From the sequence record PX880103.1: a DNA stretch of 64,000 nt. One strand, 5' to 3'. Positions within the stretch are counted from its first letter, which is position 1. Each line of letters opens with the position of its first letter. The translations under genes were made by a program, and so were the position numbers. Below, piece by piece: positions 43,534 to 54,304 of this stretch. This DNA is from a phage. The notes under the pieces are model-generated. The model did no database searches. It had not been told where the DNA came from and saw only the letters and a list, made by a program, of their open reading frames with translations.

Positions 43534-44712
43534 TTAAAAGTATTTTTTAAAACTCATCATAACTTTATCATCAACGTCATTATCAATCTGTGCTACAAGA
43601 TAAGATGACAGTTCTACTTCTTGCGGCGCGGATTGAACATTATCAGAATTAAGATATTCACGAATCCAAGGATATGGATGTTTAACCGGAGCATCGGTAA
43701 TTGGGCATGGAAGACCACACTGTTTCATACGAGATACAGTTAAGTAATCAATAAAGCTCCACATGCTATTTGTATTTAATCCAGGAACATCGCCATCTTT
43801 AAATAAATGAACTGCCCAATCTTTTTCTTGGCGGTTAACTTCCATGAAAATATCAACTGCTTCTTGTTCACACTCTTGAGCAATTTTAACCCATTCATCG
43901 CCATCAGTGCCAAGTTGAAGTTGACGAATAATATATTGAGTGCCTTTAAGGTGAAGCTGCTCATCACGTGCAATGAACTTCATAATCTTGGCATTACCTT
44001 CCATGATTTCCATATTCTTATGGAAGTTAAAAGTGCATGCGAAAGATACATAAAAACGAATAGCTTCTAAGGCATTAATAACGTGCAAACAGAGGTAAAG
44101 AGATTTCATTAAAGCACGTTTAGCTTCGACTTCATGTTTAATAGCTCGGTTTAAACGAAAGTCGGCATCAGGAGATTCTTTAGCTAGTTCTACAAATTCT
44201 TTAGCATTTTCCCATTCACGGGTTTTAATCAGAACATCATCATAATAGCGACCGATAGATTCAGCACGTTTCATAATAGCTTCATCTAATACAATCTCAT
44301 CAAATACCTTCGATGGATCAGTATAAAGATTTCGCATGATATGTGTATATGAACGACTGTGAATAGTTTCACTAAAAGTCCATGTAGCAACCCATGTATC
44401 AAGGCTTGGGTCTGAAATTAATGACATAAGTACAGCAGACGGCGCACGACCCTGAATGCTATCCAAAAGTGATTGATACTTCAAATTGTTAGTAAAAATA
44501 TTTTGCTGATACTGAGGAAGCTTATTAAACTGCGCAGCATCCATCATTAAGTTTACTTCTTCAGGCCGCCAGAAAAATGACAATTGCTTTTCGGTCAAAT
44601 CTTCAAAAACTTTATGGCGTTGAATATCATAACGCGCAATACCAAGACCTGAACCAAAAAACATGGGTTCTTTTAAAACATCAACTGGATTTGTATTAAA
44701 AACTGTGCTCAT
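43534..44712 (-). CDS. nrdB: ribonucleotide reductase small subunit, uninterrupted (no intron)
   Basis: 392-aa continuous ORF with di-iron/tyrosyl-radical R2 features. Confidence 0.92.
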   Translation of the reverse strand: MSTVFNTNPVDVLKEPMFFGSGLGIARYDIQRHKVFEDLTEKQLSFFWRPEEVNLMMDAAQFNKLPQYQQNIFTNNLKYQSLLDSIQGRAPSAVLMSLISDPSLDTWVATWTFSETIHSRSYTHIMRNLYTDPSKVFDEIVLDEAIMKRAESIGRYYDDVLIKTREWENAKEFVELAKESPDADFRLNRAIKHEVEAKRALMKSLYLCLHVINALEAIRFYVSFACTFNFHKNMEIMEGNAKIMKFIARDEQLHLKGTQYIIRQLQLGTDGDEWVKIAQECEQEAVDIFMEVNRQEKDWAVHLFKDGDVPGLNTNSMWSFIDYLTVSRMKQCGLPCPITDAPVKHPYPWIREYLNSDNVQSAPQEVELSSYLVAQIDNDVDDKVMMSFKKYF

Positions 44713-44763
44713 AAATTTTCCGCTTAGTTAATAGTTGGTGACTCGTCCATGAGTCAAATTATA

Positions 44764-47028
44764 TCATAATTTACAGGATGAACAATCTTCAGCTTTTGGA
44801 GTTTCTATTTCATAATCATCAGTACCAGAACCATCGCGGGTATTATGGTAATAGAAATTTTTTCCGCCAAAATACCAGAAATACAAAAGGTCATCAATCA
44901 TTATTGACATTGGAACCTTTCCTTTTGGAAAAATCTGCGGGTCATAGTATGTATTTGCTGAAGCTGATTGACATACCCATTTCAGCATAATAGCTACCTG
45001 CGTAAGATAAGGTTTATTACCTTTCTTAGCTAATTTCCACGTATAATCATAAAGGTCTATGTTATGCTCAATATTGGGCACGACTTGATTAAAGGAACCC
45101 TCTTTTGATTCTTTAACAGAGACTGGTCCACGTGGAGGCTCGATACCATTTGTACTGTTAGAAACTTGGGAAGATGACTCACACGGCATAAGTGCTGATA
45201 ATGTGCTATTACGGATGCCAAAAAGCTTAAGGTCTTCCCGCAGCGACGACCAGTCACAAACGTATTTTGGAGCTGCAATTTGGTCAATCTTTTTATTGTA
45301 CCAGTCGATAGGTAATTCGCCTCGAGACCAACGAGTGTCTGAATAATATTCGCAAGGTCCTTTTTCTTTGGCGAGCTTAATGGATGCTTTAATGAGTCCA
45401 TACTGTAATCTCTCAAATAGTTCATGTGTTAAATCGTTAGCATCTTCATAAGAAGCAAAGTTACTTGCCAGCCAAGCTGCATAGTTAGTAACACCTACAC
45501 CGAGGTTACGACGCTTTTTAGCTTTTTCTGCTTCAGGAACTGGATATCCTTGGTAATCCAAAAGATTATCAAGAGCACGAACTTGAACTTCTGCCAATTC
45601 ATTAATTTTATCTTGGTCTTGCCAATCGAAGTTATCCAACACAAATGCAGATAACGTGCACAAGCCAATTTCAGCATCAGGACTATTCACATCATTTGTT
45701 GGAATAGCAATTTCACAGCACAAGTTACTCTGACGGATAGGTGCCTTTTCACGAATAAACGGAGTATAGTTATTCGTATTATCAATGAACTGTACATAAA
45801 TCCTTGCTGTTCCTGAACGTTCAGTCATGAGCAATTCAAATAGTTCACGGGCTTTAATACGCTTTTTACGAATATTAGGGTCTTTTTCTGCTGCTTCGTA
45901 TAATTCACGGAAACGGTCTTGGTCTTTAAAATAAGAATAATAAAGCTCGCCACCCATTTCATGCGGACTGAATAAAGTAATGTAATCGTTCTTTCCAAAA
46001 CGTTCCATCATTAGGTCATTCAGTTGAACGCCATAATCCATATGACGAATACGGTTTTCTTCTACGCCTTTGTTATTTTTCAAAACGAGAAGATTTTCAA
46101 CTTCCAAATGCCAAATAGGATAATAAGCAGTAGCAGCGCCGCCACGAATTCCACCCTGTGAACATGATTTAACTGCAGTCTGAAAATGTTTCCAAAAAGG
46201 AATAACACCAGTATGGCGTACTTCACCCGTGCCAATCTTAGAACCTTCGGCACGAATCATACCAACGTTAATACCAATTCCAGCGCGTTTAGAGATATAT
46301 TCAACAATTGAAGCAGAAGCCTTATTGATAGACTTCAATGAATCTCCTGCCTCAATAACAACACATGAACTAAACTGTCGAGTCGGAGTACGACAACCAG
46401 CCATAATAGGAGTTGGCAGTGAAATTTGTCGAGTAGATACCGCTTCATAAAAACGGATAACATGTTTTAATCTATCAACAGGTTCATCTTGATGCAATGC
46501 CATTCCAATAGCCATAAATGCAAACTGTGGAGTTTCATAAATTTGACCTGTGGTTTTATCTTTAACTAGATATTTTTCTTTTAATTGCATCGCCCCGGAA
46601 TAAGTAAATTCCATATCCCGCTCGTGCTTAATTTTTGATTCTAAAAATGTAATTTCTTCTGCTGAATATTTTGACAATAATTCAGGGTCATATTTACCTT
46701 CATTTACACAGTAAGAAATATGGTCAATAAATGAACGTGGTTCATACTGCCCGTAAACATGCTTACGAAGAGCAAACATTAAACAGCGTGCAGCTACATA
46801 TTGATAATCAGGTTCTTCAACCGAAATAGAATTCGCAGCGGCCTTAATGACAATAGTCTGAATATCGTCAGTTGTCATTCCATCACGGAGATAAGATTTA
46901 ATATTTTCATATAATTCATAAGGATCTACTGATGTTCCTTCAGCTGCCCAAGATAAAACTTTAATAATTTTTTGTGGGTCAAAGCTCTGAGAAACACCAC
47001 TACTTTTGATAACATTAATTAATTGCAT
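44764..47028 (-). CDS. nrdA: ribonucleotide reductase large subunit
   Basis: 754 aa as in T4 NrdA; class Ia RNR. Confidence 0.95.
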   Translation of the reverse strand: MQLINVIKSSGVSQSFDPQKIIKVLSWAAEGTSVDPYELYENIKSYLRDGMTTDDIQTIVIKAAANSISVEEPDYQYVAARCLMFALRKHVYGQYEPRSFIDHISYCVNEGKYDPELLSKYSAEEITFLESKIKHERDMEFTYSGAMQLKEKYLVKDKTTGQIYETPQFAFMAIGMALHQDEPVDRLKHVIRFYEAVSTRQISLPTPIMAGCRTPTRQFSSCVVIEAGDSLKSINKASASIVEYISKRAGIGINVGMIRAEGSKIGTGEVRHTGVIPFWKHFQTAVKSCSQGGIRGGAATAYYPIWHLEVENLLVLKNNKGVEENRIRHMDYGVQLNDLMMERFGKNDYITLFSPHEMGGELYYSYFKDQDRFRELYEAAEKDPNIRKKRIKARELFELLMTERSGTARIYVQFIDNTNNYTPFIREKAPIRQSNLCCEIAIPTNDVNSPDAEIGLCTLSAFVLDNFDWQDQDKINELAEVQVRALDNLLDYQGYPVPEAEKAKKRRNLGVGVTNYAAWLASNFASYEDANDLTHELFERLQYGLIKASIKLAKEKGPCEYYSDTRWSRGELPIDWYNKKIDQIAAPKYVCDWSSLREDLKLFGIRNSTLSALMPCESSSQVSNSTNGIEPPRGPVSVKESKEGSFNQVVPNIEHNIDLYDYTWKLAKKGNKPYLTQVAIMLKWVCQSASANTYYDPQIFPKGKVPMSIMIDDLLYFWYFGGKNFYYHNTRDGSGTDDYEIETPKAEDCSSCKL

Positions 47029-47345
47029 AAGTCCTCAACTTGAAAATCGTCTTTAAACAATCGGTTAACTATATGAGCTATTATATCACCATGACACGGC
47101 TTTGGTTTACATGTGCATCCTAGCCTCATTCCACGTAAAGGCTCTAAATGTGCTTTAGTTATTTCTCCGGATTTAATTCGACGTATAAAATCTTTTTTGA
47201 ATAATTCAATGGCAGCCTCCCGGCTGCCAGCATCTTTACCGACGTAATTTCCCCAAAATGTACCGCGGTGAATATTAACATCAAAGTCGGATTTGTATTT
47301 ATTCACTACCCGGCATAGACGGCCCGGTTGGTAATAATTCTTCAT
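47019..47345 (-). CDS. hypothetical protein with Cys/His cluster
   Basis: 108-aa ORF overlapping nrdA start; [12 protein letters not shown] cluster. Confidence 0.55.
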   Translation of the reverse strand: MKNYYQPGRLCRVVNKYKSDFDVNIHRGTFWGNYVGKDAGSREAAIELFKKDFIRRIKSGEITKAHLEPLRGMRLGCTCKPKPCHGDIIAHIVNRLFKDDFQVEDLCN

Positions 47346-47562
47346 ATTGTTTTTCCGTTAAAACAGTAATATCGTAGTAACAGTCAGAAGAAGTTTTAAC
47401 TGTGGAAATTTTATTATCAAAATACTCACGAGTCATTTTATGAGTATAATATTTTTTACCATAAATGATAATAGGCTGTTCTGGTCCTGGAACTTCTAAC
47501 TCGCTTGGGTTAGGAAGTGTAAAAAGAACGGCACCAGAAGTATCTTTAAATCGTAAAATCAT
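47299..47562 (-). CDS. hypothetical protein
   Basis: 87-aa ORF between td and nrdA. Confidence 0.5.
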   Translation of the reverse strand: MILRFKDTSGAVLFTLPNPSELEVPGPEQPIIIYGKKYYTHKMTREYFDNKISTVKTSSDCYYDITVLTEKQYEELLPTGPSMPGSE

Positions 47563-48419
47563 ATTGCCATTTTCCCTTTAATTGCTGGATGCGATTCATA
47601 ATTTTCAAGGATAAAATCTTTCGGTTTCATGTATTCAGTTAACCAGTAAAGCTGTGTTTCGGTGTCACAATTTCCAAACTCTATAGGCCAATCAATTTTA
47701 AGTTCACACAGTTCTTTAGGCTCACGACGTAAAATTTCTTTACATTGCTCAGTATGATTCATATAGATGTGAGTATTACCACCAGAAAATATCAAATCTC
47801 CTGGGATAAGATTACACATCTTAGCCACAATATGCGTCAAGGCAGCATACGAGGCAATGTTGAATGGCAAGCCTAAGAAAACATCTACACTTCTTTGGTA
47901 CCATTGTAAATCAAGATAACCATTACGCACATTAAACTGATAGAACATATGACAGGGCGGTAATGCCATTTGATTGATTTCAGCTGGATTCCATGCTGAA
48001 ACGATTTGACGTCGATCAGTTGGTAATTTTTTAATACGATCAATAGTTTCAACTAATTGATCCACACCACCGAAATCACGCCATTGTTTACCGTATATAG
48101 GACCAAGTTCACCACTATGATATCCTAGGTCTTTAGCCTGGTTTTCATAGTTATCGTCCCAAATAGTTTTACCTTGAATAAGACTACCATGAGTGCGAAG
48201 ACGTAAATCATTAACATTGGTAGAACCGGAAATAAACCATAGAAGCTCAGCAATGCATGCATTCCAAGCGAGCTTCTTAGTTGTTACTGCAGGAAAACCT
48301 TTAGTTAAATCCCAGCGTAATTTAGTACCGAACAAAGCAATTGTTCCTGTGCCTGTTCGGTCATCGGTTTCATAACCATTTTCAAAAATGTCTTTAATTA
48401 AATCTTGGTATTGTTTCAT
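47559..48419 (-). CDS. td: thymidylate synthase, uninterrupted (no intron)
   Basis: 286-aa continuous ORF as spliced T4 Td; active-site context PCH. Confidence 0.95.
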   Translation of the reverse strand: MKQYQDLIKDIFENGYETDDRTGTGTIALFGTKLRWDLTKGFPAVTTKKLAWNACIAELLWFISGSTNVNDLRLRTHGSLIQGKTIWDDNYENQAKDLGYHSGELGPIYGKQWRDFGGVDQLVETIDRIKKLPTDRRQIVSAWNPAEINQMALPPCHMFYQFNVRNGYLDLQWYQRSVDVFLGLPFNIASYAALTHIVAKMCNLIPGDLIFSGGNTHIYMNHTEQCKEILRREPKELCELKIDWPIEFGNCDTETQLYWLTEYMKPKDFILENYESHPAIKGKMAI

Positions 48420-48464
48420 TTAGTACCTTATATAAATTATAATACATTTTATGAAGCTAAATAA

Positions 48465-48812
48465 TCAATACGGTTTAGCATCAAATTTTCTCTCAATTTC
48501 AGGTGTGAAATATAATTCTTTACCACGTTTGGAAAAGCGACCAATAATATGATAATTATTCTCATCAAACGTGATATTACCAATATCCATAGCTTTCAAC
48601 CAAATATCGATATTTCTATCAAGCTTTATGTCAAAATTCCAATACAGAGAACTATTACCGAAAATACTACAAGCGGATTCAGTGAAACAACTGCTATAAA
48701 TCTTGTCTTTAGGAACTACTAATTGATAGACACCTTTAATAAACTGAGGACCCTGCCATTTTGGCTGTTTCACGTCTTTTTCTAATAGAATAGGGTAATA
48801 ATTAAAATTCAT
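48465..48812 (-). CDS. hypothetical protein between frd and td
   Basis: 115-aa ORF with no recognisable motif, in a junction where T4 frd and td overlap. Confidence 0.55.
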   Translation of the reverse strand: MNFNYYPILLEKDVKQPKWQGPQFIKGVYQLVVPKDKIYSSCFTESACSIFGNSSLYWNFDIKLDRNIDIWLKAMDIGNITFDENNYHIIGRFSKRGKELYFTPEIERKFDAKPY

Positions 48813-48831
48813 ATTTCCGCCACGCGTTATT

Positions 48832-49658
<827 letters not shown>

Positions 49659-49668
49659 ATTATTTTCC

Positions 49669-49911
49669 TTAAACAGACTTTTTCACAATTTTCCAATCAG
49701 CTTTAAACTGGTCGACGTCAGAATGGTAAATCCAGAATCCTGCGCTTTCTCCGTCTTCATAAAGAGGACATCCATCGCATTCATCTTCCCATCCCATATC
49801 ACGTAAAAGGTGTTCAGCTTTTTCAACAAGTTCAGAATCTTTACCGATGATATTAAAATACCATTTACCTCTAACTTCTGAATCTTTAATGCTCTGACGC
49901 TGTAATCTCAT
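49669..49911 (-). CDS. hypothetical protein (frd.x)
   Basis: 80-aa ORF; early-type promoter upstream. Confidence 0.55.
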   Translation of the reverse strand: MRLQRQSIKDSEVRGKWYFNIIGKDSELVEKAEHLLRDMGWEDECDGCPLYEDGESAGFWIYHSDVDQFKADWKIVKKSV

Positions 49912-49934
49912 TTTATTCTCCTCAAGTTGATAAG

Positions 49935-49967
49935 GCTATAGTATCATTACCATAGCCTGTTGTAAAC
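49935..49967 (-). promoter_or_regulatory. early-type promoter candidate (GTTTAC -35)
   Basis: GTTTACAACAGGCTATGGTAATGATACTATAGCC on minus strand, upstream of the 80-aa ORF. Confidence 0.4.
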
Positions 49968-49969
49968 AT

Positions 49970-50197
49970 TTATTTTTGGATTAATCCCATATAAAATTTA
50001 GCATCTTCAGGATACATGCCATCACAATACTCATTGGTCATAAAACTAATAAGGTCTTCAAGAGGACCTTGAACTTCAATTTGAATACTAAAGAATTGGG
50101 TATCTTTAATGTAAGCCATACTCAAAGAAGGATAACGATTGCGGATAACTTCGTAAGTGTATTCAAAATCAACAATATCAATATTAACCTTAGCCAT
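49970..50197 (-). CDS. hypothetical small protein, paralog 1 ([13 protein letters not shown]...)
   Basis: Start moved to ATG 50197 with GAGGAAAA RBS (75 aa); the track's longer version would swallow its own promoter. Confidence 0.55.
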   Translation of the reverse strand: MAKVNIDIVDFEYTYEVIRNRYPSLSMAYIKDTQFFSIQIEVQGPLEDLISFMTNEYCDGMYPEDAKFYMGLIQK

Positions 50198-50224
50198 TTT
50201 ATTTTCCTCATGTAGTTGATAGGG

Positions 50225-50256
50225 CAATAGTATCACACTACTACCCTTCTGTAAAC
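50225..50256 (-). promoter_or_regulatory. early-type promoter candidate for small paralog 1
   Basis: GTTTAC -35 and TACTAT-like -10 upstream of ATG 50197. Confidence 0.4.
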
Positions 50257-50615
50257 TACTTTTTGAAAGTTTTTCGCAAAAGTTCAATGATTTCGTCTAC
50301 ATTGTTTTCATCTACAATGCAGTGAATTTTTGTTACGCCAGAAACTAGGTATTCGTCTTCTTCAGAAGTCGGTTCTTTATATTCACGAAAACAATGAAAT
50401 TCGTCTTCACAGACGTTAAAGTAAAAATGCTTTCCATTTGCGCATTCAATGTGTTTTATTACTCTAAATCCATCAACAAAGAAAGCTTCTTTAACTTCAA
50501 ACCATCCGCCATTTTCTTGAATAATTTTAACTATTGCTGAATTAGAACGTGGACGATAATTAATAAATGTATCAATAAGTCTTGGAACAAGTTCATACTT
50601 TTTACCGATATACAT
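50256..50615 (-). CDS. hypothetical protein
   Basis: 119-aa ORF between the two paralogs. Confidence 0.5.
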   Translation of the reverse strand: MYIGKKYELVPRLIDTFINYRPRSNSAIVKIIQENGGWFEVKEAFFVDGFRVIKHIECANGKHFYFNVCEDEFHCFREYKEPTSEEDEYLVSGVTKIHCIVDENNVDEIIELLRKTFKK

Positions 50616-50662
50616 TTTCTTTTCCTCATTTTAATAGGGGCTTGATAGCCCCTTGATAATTA

Positions 50663-50887
50663 CTATTCAATAAATCCTGTGTAAAATTCTACATCTTCAG
50701 CATCCATACCGTCGCAGTATTCATTAACCATAAACTGTTTAAGACGATTTAAAGGACCTTCAATAACAACTGAAACATTACAATTAGGATCATTTAGTGC
50801 GCTTATGATACTAAGTTCAGGATAACGATTACGAATAATTTCTTCAATATATTCAAAATCAACAACATCAATATCAATTTTAGCCAT
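50663..50887 (-). CDS. hypothetical small protein, paralog 2 ([13 protein letters not shown]...)
   Basis: Start at ATG 50887 with GAGGAAAA RBS (74 aa); about 50% identical to the 49970-50197 product. Confidence 0.55.
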   Translation of the reverse strand: MAKIDIDVVDFEYIEEIIRNRYPELSIISALNDPNCNVSVVIEGPLNRLKQFMVNEYCDGMDAEDVEFYTGFIE

Positions 50888-50926
50888 ATTATTTTCCTCT
50901 TTAATTATCAGCAGTATTGCCGATAG

Positions 50927-50960
50927 TTGTATAGTACCATAAAGCTTTATGCTTGTAAAC
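50927..50960 (-). promoter_or_regulatory. early-type promoter candidate for small paralog 2
   Basis: GTTTACAAGC ... TACTATAC on minus strand upstream of ATG 50887. Confidence 0.4.
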
Positions 50961-50989
50961 AACTTTGTGAAAAATTTTTAAAATAAAAA

Positions 50990-51008
50990 GGGGACCTCTA
51001 GGGTCCCC
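50990..51008 (-). terminator. intrinsic terminator downstream of gene 32
   Basis: GGGGACC-TCTA-GGGTCCCC then a long U-rich run on the minus-strand RNA. Confidence 0.7.
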
Positions 51009-51030
51009 AATTAATTAGTAATATAATCTG

Positions 51031-51939
51031 TTAAAGGTCATTCAAAAGGTCATCCAGGTCCGTGTCATCAGCACTAGATGAACTACCAGAGCTTGAGCTC
51101 ATAAAATCATCTTCAGTTTTTGTATTGAAGTCATCAACATTGAATGCATCCAAATCATCAGCAACTTTATCAGCTTTCTTAGCGGCAGTCGCTGCGGCAC
51201 CACCCATAGCAGCAGTTCCCATAACTTGACTGAACTTAGTGCTCAATTCTTCAAACGATTTGAATTTATCTTTAGAAGTCATTTCAGAAAGGTCAACCAT
51301 TTGTTCGAACAGTTCTTTCTGGAAAGATTCATCATCAATGTTTGGAATCGCAGATTGATTCAGGAATTTAGATTCGTCGTAGTTACTAAAACCAGAAACT
51401 TGTTTAACTTTCAGTACAAAGTTAGCACCTTCCCACGGACAAGTTACATCAACTGGAGTTTCACCCATTTCAACATCAACTGCAATCATTGCATTGATTT
51501 TATCCCAGATTTTCTTACCGAAACGGTATTTAAATACTTTACCTTCATTTTCTGGAGCAGCTGGGTCTTTTACTACAAGAATATTAGCCCAATAAGAAGT
51601 TTTACGTTTAACAAGGCTGTACTCTTTATTGTCAGTGTTGTACAGATCATTTTTACTGATGTATTGACATACTGGGCAAGAATCGTAATCACCGTGGGTA
51701 GATGAACAGTTTTCAATATACCATTTACCATTTTTCTTGAAACCGTGATTTACAAGAATTGCGAATGGTGCTTGTTCATCATTTTTAGACGGAAGAAAAC
51801 GAATTACTGCTTGACCATTACCCGCATTGTCGAGTTTCAGTTTCCACTCGCCTTTATCTTCAGAAGAAAAACCACCTTTGTTTCCAGCCAGTTTAGCCAT
51901 TTGTGCAGCGAGTTCAGCAGTAGATTTACGTTTAAACAT
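51031..51939 (-). CDS. 32: gp32 single-stranded DNA-binding protein
   Basis: 302 aa (T4 gp32 301); N-terminus [23 protein letters not shown]; acidic Ser-rich C-terminus; strong terminator downstream. Confidence 0.96.
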   Translation of the reverse strand: MFKRKSTAELAAQMAKLAGNKGGFSSEDKGEWKLKLDNAGNGQAVIRFLPSKNDEQAPFAILVNHGFKKNGKWYIENCSSTHGDYDSCPVCQYISKNDLYNTDNKEYSLVKRKTSYWANILVVKDPAAPENEGKVFKYRFGKKIWDKINAMIAVDVEMGETPVDVTCPWEGANFVLKVKQVSGFSNYDESKFLNQSAIPNIDDESFQKELFEQMVDLSEMTSKDKFKSFEELSTKFSQVMGTAAMGGAAATAAKKADKVADDLDAFNVDDFNTKTEDDFMSSSSGSSSSADDTDLDDLLNDL

Positions 51940-52038
51940 TTTTATTTCCTTTTTAATTTAATTAACAGTTGGTGCTATGACGATGTATGACCTCATAGCT
52001 GGTCAGTGAGGTAATTATAATCTATTTATAATAAGCAA

Positions 52039-52692
52039 TTAATACTTACAAGATTTCACAGTTTCAATGAAAACATTTTTAGCTTTCTGTGAATCAATAT
52101 TTAAAATTTTTCTATAAGCCTTTAACTTTATAGAATAATTATTCCAGACTAAATTATCAGTCTGTTCATCATGTTTATCAATTATATTTAAAAATGAATC
52201 AAGCAAGATAAACGTCTCAAACGAAATTATGTTCGATTGCAGAAGTTTAAAAATATAACTTGACTGAACTTTTGGATTATACTCAAAGATTTCTTTAAAA
52301 GCAGAAACTTCAACTTTTTTACTAAAATAATAAATGTTGCGAATATCTTCTTCAAACTTAAACTTAATTTGCTTTAAGCGTCCGATATATTCACGATAAA
52401 ACACAAGTGCATCAGCGTCAGAGATGTCACCAATCCAAGCATCTTGGTTAGCAACCAAATTGCTTATAAAGATTAAAGCAAGTTCCTTTAATTTATATTT
52501 TTCTGATAACTTCTGGAAAAAATACTTATCCCTTCGCTTTTGATAAGCGGCATCAGACACCCGCATGCACCAATTATACTTAATTACATCATACTTTCCA
52601 TTCATATGTTGTTTTATCATTAAGTATAATTTATAAACTGATTTACCATCAATGTATCTTTCACCACCAGCAGGCATGCGGAGTTTAATCAT
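52039..52692 (-). CDS. 59: gp59 helicase loader
   Basis: 217 aa as in T4 gp59; synteny. Confidence 0.9.
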   Translation of the reverse strand: MIKLRMPAGGERYIDGKSVYKLYLMIKQHMNGKYDVIKYNWCMRVSDAAYQKRRDKYFFQKLSEKYKLKELALIFISNLVANQDAWIGDISDADALVFYREYIGRLKQIKFKFEEDIRNIYYFSKKVEVSAFKEIFEYNPKVQSSYIFKLLQSNIISFETFILLDSFLNIIDKHDEQTDNLVWNNYSIKLKAYRKILNIDSQKAKNVFIETVKSCKY

Positions 52693-53027
52693 AGCAGAAA
52701 ATCTAATGTATTAGTTTTTTCACAACGAACAACAGAAGGACGTAAAAGATTTTCGTCAATAGCTTCTGACTGAATTTTTTCAATTATACCCGAAGGAATA
52801 AATTTAGCAAATTGAGTTTCAGGAATAGAGTTTTCTTCCAAGAATGCTGTCGTAGCTTCAAGATAACTCATTCCAAACTCTTCTACCATTTTTTCAATAA
52901 TAAATCCATTTTCTTGACGATCAAGAAGCTTTGCTATTTCATCCTTTTCTTTCTTAATTGAAAGTTCTTTTTCTGAAAGACCGGTCTCATCGACCGGACG
53001 AATATCATTTAGAGAAAACTGTGTCAT
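52689..53027 (-). CDS. 33: gp33 late transcription co-activator
   Basis: Internal start MTQFSL gives 112 aa as in T4 gp33. Confidence 0.85.
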   Translation of the reverse strand: MTQFSLNDIRPVDETGLSEKELSIKKEKDEIAKLLDRQENGFIIEKMVEEFGMSYLEATTAFLEENSIPETQFAKFIPSGIIEKIQSEAIDENLLRPSVVRCEKTNTLDFLL

Positions 53028-53274
53028 AAAGTTCAACTACCTCTTCAGTTTCAGCTTCAAACACATCACGATTATCTTTATGATACAAAGCTAATAGACG
53101 ATTAAACATCTTACCATCAACGCCAAGTTCATCTTTAGCACGAATTCGAATATCTTTAATCAGTTCATTATAACCGGAAATTTTCAGTTTATGATCAGAT
53201 GCTTCTTTAATAAATTTAGCCAAATCTTCGCCATGGATAGCTTCATCAAATTCAACCATTTCTTTTTTAGCCAT
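53005..53274 (-). CDS. dsbA: DsbA dsDNA-binding late transcription enhancer
   Basis: 89 aa as in T4 DsbA; synteny. Confidence 0.85.
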   Translation of the reverse strand: MAKKEMVEFDEAIHGEDLAKFIKEASDHKLKISGYNELIKDIRIRAKDELGVDGKMFNRLLALYHKDNRDVFEAETEEVVELYDTVFSK

Positions 53275-53282
53275 TATTCACC

Positions 53283-54200
53283 TCAAAATTCATTAATGCT
53301 ATTAGTTAATTTAGAAAGACCCGCTTTTACAAAATATGAATAAATTTTGCCACGCGGTGGTAATTTATATGAATTATAGTAATTCACAATGTTTGAAGCA
53401 ATATTATCAGGAATATAATCAAAATCAATTAGAACTAAATTTTCTTTATAACGATTATATTCAGATTCTGTGAGAAGCACCTTAGCTTGCTCACGGTCAT
53501 TAGCAATAGCTTCAACGATTGAAGTTTTCATTGAAGGAGTTCGTTCACCTTCAACTCTGGTAAACCAAAAGTCAGATCGTACTTTAACTGAAGCAACGTT
53601 ATCCTTTTTGTCGCCTTTAAGGATTTTAGTCATACAGTCAATTTCAGCAGAACCGCTTTTAATTTTAACCCATTTCTTGTGCATCGGTGACCATTGCTTA
53701 ACATTTGGATATTTGTGAAGTTGAGTAAAGTCACCATCCGACGAAATGATTAAAATCTTGTGTCCTTCTAAAGAGAACTTTTTAACAAGAACAGCAATAT
53801 GGTCATCTGCTTCATACTTATCAATATCCATAACAATGTATGGCATATAAGCTTTCAATTCATCTATAACTTTATGGCTGGATTCAAAATAACCTTCCCA
53901 GTCCCAAGTAGATTCTTCTCGTGCTTTTCCACGGTTTTTCTTATAATAATAAGCAAAATCACGACGCCAATATCCAGATTTCGCGTTATCAATACACAAC
54001 ACGATTTTAGTGTATCCAAGAGTTTTTGCTTTTTTGACATTAAACTTAATTGAGTTCAATATCAAATGACGAACCATTGATAAATTAATTTTTTCTTTAT
54101 CTGGGAAGTTTACCAAAGCAGTTGAAAGCGCAATTTGACTAAAGTCAATAAAGCAAATTCCTTCTTTGTAATCTTCATCCAGCATCATTTCTAAATCCAT
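53283..54200 (-). CDS. rnh: RNase H (5'-3' exonuclease/flap endonuclease)
   Basis: Internal start MDLEMML gives 305 aa as T4 RNase H; start coordinate may be off by 1 nt. Confidence 0.88.
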   Translation of the reverse strand: MDLEMMLDEDYKEGICFIDFSQIALSTALVNFPDKEKINLSMVRHLILNSIKFNVKKAKTLGYTKIVLCIDNAKSGYWRRDFAYYYKKNRGKAREESTWDWEGYFESSHKVIDELKAYMPYIVMDIDKYEADDHIAVLVKKFSLEGHKILIISSDGDFTQLHKYPNVKQWSPMHKKWVKIKSGSAEIDCMTKILKGDKKDNVASVKVRSDFWFTRVEGERTPSMKTSIVEAIANDREQAKVLLTESEYNRYKENLVLIDFDYIPDNIASNIVNYYNSYKLPPRGKIYSYFVKAGLSKLTNSINEF

Positions 54201-54262
54201 ATGAACCTCGTTCAATTAGTGAGATTTCTATTATATACCATCCAAATCTTAAAGTAAACAAG

Positions 54263-54270
54263 TATAAATA
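54263..54270 (+). promoter_or_regulatory. late promoter (TATAAATA) for gene 34
   Basis: Exact TATAAATA about 35 nt upstream of the gene 34 ATG. Confidence 0.6.
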
Positions 54271-54304
54271 CTTATTATTGAAAACACAATAGGAGCCCGG
54301 GAGA

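Noticed and set aside
43534-48419. Group I introns in td and nrdB
   Set aside because: Both genes are continuous ORFs of mature length, so no intron is present.
51226-51990. Plus-strand ORFs of 159 and 81 aa antisense to gene 32
   Set aside because: Embedded antisense in gene 32, hydrophobic low-complexity products, no expression signals.
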